Source: Patescibacteria group bacterium | GTDB taxonomy: Bacteria; Patescibacteriota; Patescibacteriia; SG8-24; DYFX01 | Assembly: GCA_041659045.1 (NCBI GenBank) | Contig: JBAZZB010000001.1 | Coordinates: 134,111 to 198,110 of the forward strand | DNA length: 64,000 nucleotides | Reading direction: 5' to 3' | Shown here: one piece after another, positions 56,653 to 64,000 of the stretch | Position numbering within the stretch: position 1 is the stretch's first letter | Layout of the letters: the number at the start of each line of letters is the position of its first letter | Program-made: the position numbers and the translations under genes | The notes under the pieces: model-generated | Told to the model about the DNA's origin: nothing | The model's input: the letters and a program-made list of their open reading frames with translations, nothing else | The model's database searches: none

Positions 56653-56964
56653 ATGTACGCAGTCATCGCCTCCGGCGGCAAACAATATAAAGTTAAGGAA
56701 GGCCAGACCGTGAAGGTCGAAAAGCTCTTGGCTGACGAGGGTTCTACCCTCGAACTCCCGGTTCTCCTGGTTTCCAGCGAGGACGGCAGCGGCCTCAAGC
56801 TCGGCACTCCGACCGTCGACGGCGCCAAGGTTACGGCCAAGGTTCTCGAGCACGGCCGCGCGGCCAAGATCCAGATCGTGAAGTACAAGCCGAAGAGCCG
56901 CTACAAGCGCGTCAACGGTCATCGCCAGCCCTTCACGTCCATCCAGATCGAAAAGATCGCCTAA
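56653..56964 (+). CDS. rplU: 50S ribosomal protein L21
   Basis: MYAVIASGGKQYKV, GHRQPFT. Confidence 0.98.
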   Translation: MYAVIASGGKQYKVKEGQTVKVEKLLADEGSTLELPVLLVSSEDGSGLKLGTPTVDGAKVTAKVLEHGRAAKIQIVKYKPKSRYKRVNGHRQPFTSIQIEKIA

Positions 56965-57035
56965 GAACAATCCTCCGACATCGTCGGGGGATTTTTCGTT
57001 GACGGAGCATCGTACACTTCCTACACTTGTGGCAT

Positions 57036-57719
57036 ATGGTCAACCAACTCGAAGCAATCGTCTTTGCAGGAGGCACGCGCGAACCGATCGATGATGTGCG
57101 TGTCATCACCAATCTTTCAACGGGTCGATTCGGCATCACGATTGCTAGAGCGTTGGCGCGGCGTGGTGTCCGGGTGACACTCGCAGCTTCTACAGGTGTC
57201 GTAGAACCCCTCGACGATTTTTCCGGCGCGCCCGGTTCCTCGGGGCAGCTCGTACGTTTCGCTTCATATGCCAATTTGGCCGAGGTGATTGATGGTCTGG
57301 CAAAAGGAGCTGCGGGCATCGCGGCGCTCGTCTTCATGGCCGCGGCCGTTTCCGATTTCAGCCCTGTGCGTTCCGAGGGCAAGATCTCGTCAGATCAGGA
57401 GGAAATTACGATCACGATGCGGCGCAACCCCAAACTCTTGGCGCGCTTCCGTGAGCAGTTCGGCCTCGAAGCGTACTTGGTCGGTTTCAAACTGACATCA
57501 GGCCTCAGGCGCGAGGAGATGTTGGAGAAAGCGCGCAAGCAGTTAGAAGCCTGTAAGCTCGATCTGGTTGTCGCGAATGATTTAAAAAACTTCGAAAACG
57601 AAAACCACCCGGTCACGCTTTTGACGCCGGGTGGGGAGACTGTTGAACTTGTTGGCACGCGAAACGTTGTTGCTGAACAGCTCGTAGAAGACGTGCTTGC
57701 TCGAGTGGCTGGGCGCTAG
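57036..57719 (+). CDS. Phosphopantothenate--cysteine ligase-like (CoaB domain only)
   Basis: AGGTREPIDDVRVITNLSTG.FG, AAAVSDF, LVGFKL, VVANDL. Confidence 0.88.
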   Translation: MVNQLEAIVFAGGTREPIDDVRVITNLSTGRFGITIARALARRGVRVTLAASTGVVEPLDDFSGAPGSSGQLVRFASYANLAEVIDGLAKGAAGIAALVFMAAAVSDFSPVRSEGKISSDQEEITITMRRNPKLLARFREQFGLEAYLVGFKLTSGLRREEMLEKARKQLEACKLDLVVANDLKNFENENHPVTLLTPGGETVELVGTRNVVAEQLVEDVLARVAGR

Positions 57720-58324
57720 CGCGAGGAAATATCACGCCTCCCGACCAGTGCGTCCGAGAGCGTGACTTCGTCGGCGTACTCGAGGTCGGCACCACGGGGG
57801 AGGCCGCGTGCTAGGCGCGTCACGCGCGGCAGAGAAGCGGCGTAACGGCGGGAAAGATAGACCATCGTGGCTTCACCCTCGATCGTTGGATTGACGGCTA
57901 AGAGCAATTCGCGCACCGAGCCACCTTGGAGACGCTGATCAAGACCGTCGATACCGAGCGTTTCCGGTGTCACGCCTTCAATAGGAGAAAGAAGTCCGCC
58001 AAGCACGAAATACTTGCCGCGGTAGGCGCCCGTACGTTCGATTGCGGAGAGTCCCTGCTGGTCAGCAACAATACAGAGCTCGTCATCACGGCGTGACGGA
58101 TCGCGGCAAATGCGGCAGGGATCCGATTCCGAGACGCTGCGACATCTCGCGCAGATGATAATAGAACGCTCCAACGCGAAAATGGCGTCGCCTAAGCGCG
58201 TGGCTGCTTCGCGACCGCGGCCAAGCAAATGAAACACGAAACGTTCGGCGGTTTTTTCGCCGATACCGGGGAGCTTTTTAAACTCCTGAATCAGGTTTTC
58301 GATTGAAGCCGGAAACCGCGACAT
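57716..58324 (-). CDS. recR: Recombination mediator RecR
   Basis: LPGIGEKTAER, C4 Zn finger, NPTIEGEAT, LEYADEVTL. Confidence 0.97.
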   Translation of the reverse strand: MSRFPASIENLIQEFKKLPGIGEKTAERFVFHLLGRGREAATRLGDAIFALERSIIICARCRSVSESDPCRICRDPSRRDDELCIVADQQGLSAIERTGAYRGKYFVLGGLLSPIEGVTPETLGIDGLDQRLQGGSVRELLLAVNPTIEGEATMVYLSRRYAASLPRVTRLARGLPRGADLEYADEVTLSDALVGRRDISSR

Positions 58325-58327
58325 TGC

Positions 58328-58627
58328 TTAGTTCAATCCCGGAATGTTCAAGCCACCCGATTTCTTCATGGCTTCTGCCATGGCGCGCTGCGCTTTTTTG
58401 ACCGTGTCGTTGTAAGCCTCCTTTACGGCTGCTTCAAGTTTGGCTTTATCGGAAAGCAGTTCTGGATCGATCTTTACATCGGTAACTTCTTGGTTGCCGT
58501 TCATGGTGACGGTGACTTTGCCCCAAGCTCCGGATCCTTCGACGGTGACGTCCTTCAGGGTGTCCTGGATTTTCTTGGCTTGGTCGCGAAGATCTTTGAT
58601 CTGTTTGAGCTTGCTGAACATGGTCAT
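58328..58627 (-). CDS. ybaB: YbaB/EbfC nucleoid-associated protein
   Basis: Upstream of recR; VTVTMNG.QEV..VKIDP. Confidence 0.92.
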   Translation of the reverse strand: MTMFSKLKQIKDLRDQAKKIQDTLKDVTVEGSGAWGKVTVTMNGNQEVTDVKIDPELLSDKAKLEAAVKEAYNDTVKKAQRAMAEAMKKSGGLNIPGLN

Positions 58628-58636
58628 AGGTGGTGA

Positions 58637-60043
58637 TTAGGCTTCGATGGCGGTCGGGCCTCCGAAATCTTTTTCAAGATTTTTGAAGCTAGCGCGGTTT
58701 TCGTCAAAGAAGAGTCTGCAGACGCCGGTCGGACCGTTACGATGCTTGGCGATGTGGATTTCAGCGACGTGTCGTTCCTCCGGCGCCAAGTCTTCCAAAC
58801 GGTAGTTGCGGTCGGCGGCCTTGCGGTAGATGAACATGACGACGTCGGCGTCTTGTTCGATGGAGCCGGATTCACGCAAGTGCGCGAGTTTCGGAATGGC
58901 CGGCTTGCTCAGTTCGACGGCGCGCGAGAGCTGTGAGAGCGCTAGAACCGGTACGTTCATTTCGCGCGCCAAGCCCTTGAGCGAACGGGTGATGCCGGCG
59001 ATTTCCTGCACGCGGTTTTCGATCTTCGTCTGCGACTCCATGAGCTGGAGATAGTCGACGACGATGAGGCCGAGTTGCCCGTATTGTTTCTGGAGACGCC
59101 GCACCTTGGTGCGGATTTCCATGATGTTGACGTTGGCGGAGTCGTCGATGAAGATCGGCGCTTCGGAAAGCGTACCGAGTGCGTGGGCGATGTGCGGAAA
59201 GTCGTCGTCACCCGGTTTGTCGGACAAGCGTCCGGTGCGCATCTTCCACAAGTCAACGTTGGCTTCAGCACAGATCATGCGATCGACCAATTGTTCCTTC
59301 GACATTTCCAGAGAGAAGATGCCGACCGGCTTTTGCGAGCGCACCGCGACGTTGCGGGCGATGTCGAGTGCGAACGATGTTTTACCGCAAGCCGGACGGG
59401 CGGCAAGAATAACGAGGTCAGAGGCTTGGAGACCTGCCAGAAGGTTGTCGAGCGATTTGAAACCGGTCGGCACACCGCGCAGCTTGCCCTTCTCCTTGTG
59501 CAGTTCATCGATGCGATCGAACGCCGCGTCGAGGACGCTGCGGATCGGAACGAAGTTCTGTTTGAGATGCTTTTGCGAAACACCGAAGAGTCTCTGCTCA
59601 GCTTGGTCGAGCAATGATTCGACGTTATCTGTTTCGCCGCCATCGAAGCCCATGCGAGCGATTTCGTGCGACGCGGTAATGAGGCGGCGAAGCGTCGAAT
59701 CGCGTTGGACGATTTTGGCGTAGTGGAAAACGTGCGAGGCGGTCGGCACGGCTTCGGCAAGTTGCGCCAGATACGTTTGCCCGCCACAACGTTCGAGCTG
59801 GCTCGCTTCGTTCAAACGATCGGAAAGGGAAATGAGGTCGATCGGTTCGGACTTGGCATAGAGGCCAAGCATGGCGTCAAAAATCGCGCCGTGGCTTTCA
59901 CGGTAAAAATCTTCGGGCGTGACCATGTCGGCCACGCGCAAAATTGCTTCCTTATCGATCAGGATCGAACCAAGGACGGCAGCTTCCGCGTCGTAGTTGT
60001 GCGGTGGGACGAATTCGGGTTTGCGGTCGCCAGAAGCTTGCAT
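58637..60043 (-). CDS. dnaB: Replicative DNA helicase
   Basis: PPHN..AE.AVLG, AARPACGKT, VDYLQL, LSQLSR, LRESGSIEQDAD, KHRNGPTG. Confidence 0.98.
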   Translation of the reverse strand: MQASGDRKPEFVPPHNYDAEAAVLGSILIDKEAILRVADMVTPEDFYRESHGAIFDAMLGLYAKSEPIDLISLSDRLNEASQLERCGGQTYLAQLAEAVPTASHVFHYAKIVQRDSTLRRLITASHEIARMGFDGGETDNVESLLDQAEQRLFGVSQKHLKQNFVPIRSVLDAAFDRIDELHKEKGKLRGVPTGFKSLDNLLAGLQASDLVILAARPACGKTSFALDIARNVAVRSQKPVGIFSLEMSKEQLVDRMICAEANVDLWKMRTGRLSDKPGDDDFPHIAHALGTLSEAPIFIDDSANVNIMEIRTKVRRLQKQYGQLGLIVVDYLQLMESQTKIENRVQEIAGITRSLKGLAREMNVPVLALSQLSRAVELSKPAIPKLAHLRESGSIEQDADVVMFIYRKAADRNYRLEDLAPEERHVAEIHIAKHRNGPTGVCRLFFDENRASFKNLEKDFGGPTAIEA

Positions 60044-60110
60044 AGTGGCACTATCGTACGTGATGGGGCTAGCACCGTCAAAGCGAAAAAACGGGCCTGG
60101 AAGGCACCGT

Positions 60111-60737
60111 TCAGGGGTCGGTTATGAGCCTGTGGATAAGATCGAACAGGCTCGAATCGTACAGAGGGGAGCGGTGGTACCACGGACCATAGTGGCACCA
60201 AGCCGGGTTGAGGTCAGGCTGCCTCGGTCGGACGAGCAGATCGTTCGTGCCGAAGATCGCTTGGAAGTCCCACGCGCGCGGTTTGTGCAGAAATGAGACC
60301 TGCTTCTTGAGCGTGGGGCTACCCGGACGCATTTCACGAATGCTGGTGCGAAGGAGCGGATCAACGAGCCACCCAAGCTCTGCGGACCATGCTCCATGGA
60401 ACGGTGTACCGAACGTAATGACGCGGCAGACGATCTCTTCGGGGTTGTCGTACACCCGAATGATCGACTGCATCATCGAAGAGACGCTGACGAGCCCGCC
60501 TTCCGACCAGCCGACGAGGGTGATCGGTTCATCCAACTTCTCGCGAAGCTTCAGGATGTCTTCCGCGAGATGCCGGCCATGAAAGTTGATCGGCTTGCGA
60601 TAGAGGAACGGGGCGCGTGGCCAATCATGCGTGTCGACGTCGCACTGACGCAGGGCTTCTTGCAACGGGCGGAGCGAGAGCTGCCCACCAAGGAAACCAG
60701 GCACGAGCACTGTCGGAAAACGTGGTGTTGAGGACAC
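60111..60737 (-). CDS. Alpha/beta hydrolase (lipase/esterase-like)
   Basis: VLVPGF, LVGWSEGG nucleophile elbow, ITFGTPFHG, D and H candidates; GGAGG SD. Confidence 0.85.
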   Translation of the reverse strand: MSSTPRFPTVLVPGFLGGQLSLRPLQEALRQCDVDTHDWPRAPFLYRKPINFHGRHLAEDILKLREKLDEPITLVGWSEGGLVSVSSMMQSIIRVYDNPEEIVCRVITFGTPFHGAWSAELGWLVDPLLRTSIREMRPGSPTLKKQVSFLHKPRAWDFQAIFGTNDLLVRPRQPDLNPAWCHYGPWYHRSPLYDSSLFDLIHRLITDP

Positions 60738-60814
60738 GTGACACCTCCGTGAGAGCCTTCCTCCACGGTAGACCTACGCCGCTTCGAAGTCAAAATATGG
60801 TAGAATAGCCCTAT

Positions 60815-61963
60815 ATGTCGAACACCAAGCGTCCGTCGCGCTTCGGGTCGGGTTTCCGCGCTTCTTTCGTGCTATTCGGCACGATCGTCGGTGCTGGAAT
60901 TTTTGGTTTGCCGTTCATCGTGCAGCAGTCGGGGTATCTTCCTGGGCTCTTTTGGATGATCGTCTTGGCTGGAGCCGTGACGCTTACGCACCTACTCTAC
61001 GCGGAGGTTGTGATGGCGACGCCTGGGCAGCATCGCTTGGTCGGATACGTACGGATTCATCTTGGACCGTGGGCAGAACGACTGGAAGCATTTTCTTCGG
61101 TCATCGGTTTGTTCGGATCAAGTTTGGCCTACTTGATTCTTGGTGGCTTGTTCGTGTCACAAATTTCAGCTTCATTTTTTCCCGTCTCTGCATTTTGGGG
61201 ATCGCTTCTGTTGTTCGTTTTCGGACTCATGGTTGTGCGGAAGGGGACGGCGTTTCTTTCCGGCGTCGATTTTTGGATGACGCTTATCGAGATGGGCTCG
61301 ATCCTGCTTCTCACGTTCATTGCCGCGACGGCCGTCAAAACAGAACATCTCGTCACGATGCACCTCGATCGCGGATTGCTGCCATACGGTATCGTTTTGT
61401 TCGCCTATGGCGGATTGACCGTCGTTACGGAAGTGCGTGAGATCGTTGGTGGTGATCCTCGTAAAGTCCGTCGCAGTGTCGTAGCAGGAACGCTCATGGC
61501 CGTTGGTTTGACGATTGCGTTTGTGACGGCGGTTGTTGGTGGGTTGGGCCCGGAGACGACACAGGAGTCGATCGGTGGTCTTAGCTTGAAGTTTGGCGGC
61601 TCACTGCCGCTTCTTGGTGCGATCGCTGGTCTCTTCTCGATCCTGACGTCCTACATCGTCTTTACCGACTATTTGAACAAGCAATTCCGCCAAGACTTTG
61701 GTATTCGACCTTTTTTGGCGGCCATCGCAGCGGTTGGCTTACCGTTTCTCCTCTACCTCGTCGGTATCCGCAGTTTTGGCCGCATTTTGGAGCTTGTCGG
61801 AGCCGTCCTGATCGGTGTTGAGGGCATGTTTGTGGCCGTGATGTACTTGAAAGTAAAACGCGAAAAACGACCCGGTGTGCTCAAGGTTCCAAACGGGCTC
61901 GTCTATTTCCTGATGCTGGTATACGGCGCGGGTGCTCTCTACGCACTTTTTGGTCCACGCTAA
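60815..61963 (+). CDS. Aromatic amino acid permease family transporter
   Basis: GTIVGAGIFGLP, PYGIVLFA, ~11 TM helices. Confidence 0.88.
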   Translation: MSNTKRPSRFGSGFRASFVLFGTIVGAGIFGLPFIVQQSGYLPGLFWMIVLAGAVTLTHLLYAEVVMATPGQHRLVGYVRIHLGPWAERLEAFSSVIGLFGSSLAYLILGGLFVSQISASFFPVSAFWGSLLLFVFGLMVVRKGTAFLSGVDFWMTLIEMGSILLLTFIAATAVKTEHLVTMHLDRGLLPYGIVLFAYGGLTVVTEVREIVGGDPRKVRRSVVAGTLMAVGLTIAFVTAVVGGLGPETTQESIGGLSLKFGGSLPLLGAIAGLFSILTSYIVFTDYLNKQFRQDFGIRPFLAAIAAVGLPFLLYLVGIRSFGRILELVGAVLIGVEGMFVAVMYLKVKREKRPGVLKVPNGLVYFLMLVYGAGALYALFGPR

Positions 61964-62069
61964 TTGGAAGAACCCTTGACAAAACAGGGTTTTTTTGATA
62001 GGTTCGGTCTCAGTGAGATTGCCCTTTTTCTCGAGAAGTACCACATCAACCCAAGGCAAGGAGGCTGAC

Positions 62070-63197
62070 ATGATCGGACAGCGAAGCGAGCCGGCGACCT
62101 TGCCGGACGATCCAGAAGAGCTCAAGAAGCTCCTGTTGGCCGAACGGGCATCACACGATGCGTCGAAGCAGGAAATCAGCCGTATGACGGCCGAGTATTG
62201 GGAGCATGCTATGAATGGCATGGTTGCCAAGGGACTCAAGGCCGCGACGTTCCTGGCACATCCGCACGGCAAGATCTTGCGCTGCAGCGATGCAGCGGAA
62301 CTCTGCGGTTCGGAGGAGGAGATGGGTGGCAGCGTCTACTCGGTCATCTTCGATCGTCTGCGCGATCCCCGTGACTTCTACGCGTCCTCGAGTGAGGACA
62401 CGGGCGTTCATCGGGTGCCGAGACTTTTCAGCGAAGAGCTTCGCAACGAGCTCGGAAAAGCGTTGAAGACGGAACCGCCGGCACGCGGTCGTTCCAGACG
62501 GCGCACGATCCAGACGTTGTTTAGCCGCACGGAAGTGGCGGTGCTCGACTCGCCCTCGAAGGGTCCGATCGACGTGATGGTCTCGATTGCGTACGGTCTC
62601 GACCACAACGAGCACGAGTGGTTGCACGTCTCGCTCATCGACGTCGATGCGGTGAGCTGTGATCCGCTCACGGGTCTGCGATACGTGAAGACGCTCATGC
62701 GTTCGGTGTCGCGCGATATCGCGGAGTGTGAACGCGCTCAGCATGGCGGTACGCCATGCGTGCCGGTCTCGGTGATCTTGTTTGACGGCGATGGCCTGAA
62801 GAAGGTGAACGACACCTATGGGCACTACGCCGGCAACCAGGTGATCCAAGCGATGTCGCGCCGCGCGAGCCGTTTCTTCTCGCGTCCAAGCGATCTGCTC
62901 ACGAGGCAGGGTGGCGACGAGTTTGCCGCCAAGCTGATCGCGGGAGCGGAGGCGGCGCTCGCACACGGTGAGAAGATCCGTAAGGCGGTCGGTGGCGCAC
63001 CGATTCCCGTGCGACTTTCTCCTGACGATGACGAGAGAATCATGCTCGACATGACGATCTCGGTCGGTGTCGCGACCTACGAGGCTGGGCTCACGGCTGA
63101 AGCGCTTGTCGCGCGCGCCGACCAGGCGCTCTATCACGCGAAGCGCAGCGGTCGCAACCGCACCTCGGACAAGATCTCGGCTCTCGTGAAGCCATAA
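62070..63197 (+). CDS. Diguanylate cyclase (GGDEF)
   Basis: DPLTGL, D.DGLKKVNDTYGH..G, RPSD I-site, GGDEF, ADQALY.AK..GRN; AAGGAGG SD. Confidence 0.92.
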   Translation: MIGQRSEPATLPDDPEELKKLLLAERASHDASKQEISRMTAEYWEHAMNGMVAKGLKAATFLAHPHGKILRCSDAAELCGSEEEMGGSVYSVIFDRLRDPRDFYASSSEDTGVHRVPRLFSEELRNELGKALKTEPPARGRSRRRTIQTLFSRTEVAVLDSPSKGPIDVMVSIAYGLDHNEHEWLHVSLIDVDAVSCDPLTGLRYVKTLMRSVSRDIAECERAQHGGTPCVPVSVILFDGDGLKKVNDTYGHYAGNQVIQAMSRRASRFFSRPSDLLTRQGGDEFAAKLIAGAEAALAHGEKIRKAVGGAPIPVRLSPDDDERIMLDMTISVGVATYEAGLTAEALVARADQALYHAKRSGRNRTSDKISALVKP

Positions 63198-63203
63198 CGC
63201 ACA

Positions 63204-63227
63204 ACCCTGCACCATCCGGTGCAGGGT
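63204..63227. repeat. Solo family B palindrome between convergent genes (terminator-like)
   Basis: ACCCTGCACCATCCGGTGCAGGGT followed by CTTTT. Confidence 0.8.
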
Positions 63228-63231
63228 CTTT

Positions 63232-64000
63232 TCATTTGTTGCGGTTTCGTTTTGCGAGATCAAGCGTTTTCTTGAGCAACATTGCCACAGTCATGGGGCC
63301 GACGCCTCCGGGAACGGGCGTAACTGCGGAGGCGACTCCTGCTAGGCTCTCCGCGTCCGCGTCGCCGACGGTTTTTTCGTCAACGCGCGTGGTACCGACA
63401 TCGATCACGATCGCGCCCTGCTTGAGCATCTTCGCCGTAAGCGAGCCGGGCTTTCCAACCGCCGTCACAACGACGTCGGCCGCGTTCACGTCCTCTGTCG
63501 GTTCAAGTCCTCGGCGCGAAAGCATTGTTTCAAGCGGTACAGAGAAGATGGCGCTATTGGCAAGCACACAGGCAAGGCCGTGATCCGGCGTGGCGACGGT
63601 ATCGAGTAAAAGAGAAATTGCTTCGATGAGACCGGGTGCCTCGCCTGTACCTTCAAGATAGGCGCGTAGGTTTTCAGGATGAAAACCATCGACATCCTTG
63701 CGAGGGGCGATTGCGTTCATAATCGCGTCCGTATCGAGGTGTGGAGGGAGCGGCAATTGCACGAGCATTGCGTCAATGTCGTCGCGGTGATTGAAAGCTT
63801 CGACGGCGTGCATTACATCCTCTTGCGAAGCGTCTGCGGGAAACACGCTGAGTTCAAAAAGAATACCTACGGCGGCGCAGGCTTTTTCTTTCAAGCCGAC
63901 GTACAGCCGTGAAGCGGGGTCGTCACCAACAAGGATAACGCCCAAACCGGGCCGTGCGCCGAGGCGAGCGACCTCTTCAGTGACCATGGTTCGGATGTGT
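63232..64000 (-). CDS. folD: Methylenetetrahydrofolate dehydrogenase/cyclohydrolase (5' end beyond window)
   Basis: VGDDPAS..YV..K, VQLPLP, KDVDGFHP, IDVG, TPVPGGVGPMTVA. Confidence 0.96.
   Translation of the reverse strand, partial: HIRTMVTEEVARLGARPGLGVILVGDDPASRLYVGLKEKACAAVGILFELSVFPADASQEDVMHAVEAFNHRDDIDAMLVQLPLPPHLDTDAIMNAIAPRKDVDGFHPENLRAYLEGTGEAPGLIEAISLLLDTVATPDHGLACVLANSAIFSVPLETMLSRRGLEPTEDVNAADVVVTAVGKPGSLTAKMLKQGAIVIDVGTTRVDEKTVGDADAESLAGVASAVTPVPGGVGPMTVAMLLKKTLDLAKRNRNK

Overview
A 64-kb chromosomal segment that by gene content and style looks like a Patescibacteria (CPR/Parcubacteria, probably Uhrbacteria-like) genome; this is inferred from the lineage-typical surface-protein domain, GAGC lipoboxes and SD-less core genes. 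Core genes: murD, murE, ftsB-like, PrsA/SurA-like, ftsEX, msrB, mscL, nrdDG, ECF sigma, gpsA, umuDC-like, mgtE, beta-CASP nuclease, uvrB/uvrA/uvrC, mraZ-rsmH-ftsL, rplU, recR-ybaB-dnaB, folD, and three tRNAs (Gly-CCC, Thr-CGT, Gln-TTG). Between them lie about 25 orphan-like one- or two-gene units, nearly all with strong Shine-Dalgarno sites that the core genes lack. No CRISPR array, rRNA, transposase or integrase was seen. Best leads: (1) a Mu Com-like zinc-ribbon gene behind tandem NrdR boxes, followed by a tandem 8-nt repeat overlapping a terminator in front of nrdD (candidate protein-dependent attenuator of the class III RNR); (2) a ~420-bp GIY-YIG mini-element with a covarying palindrome array at the 3' end of tRNA-Gln, with a solo palindrome copy 51 kb away; (3) a 26-bp palindrome family abutting the -35 box of four promoters; (4) a protease-dead, 'pre-cleaved' UmuD; (5) an orphan operon punctuated by covarying structured repeats. 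All calls come from manual motif recognition; no searches were run.
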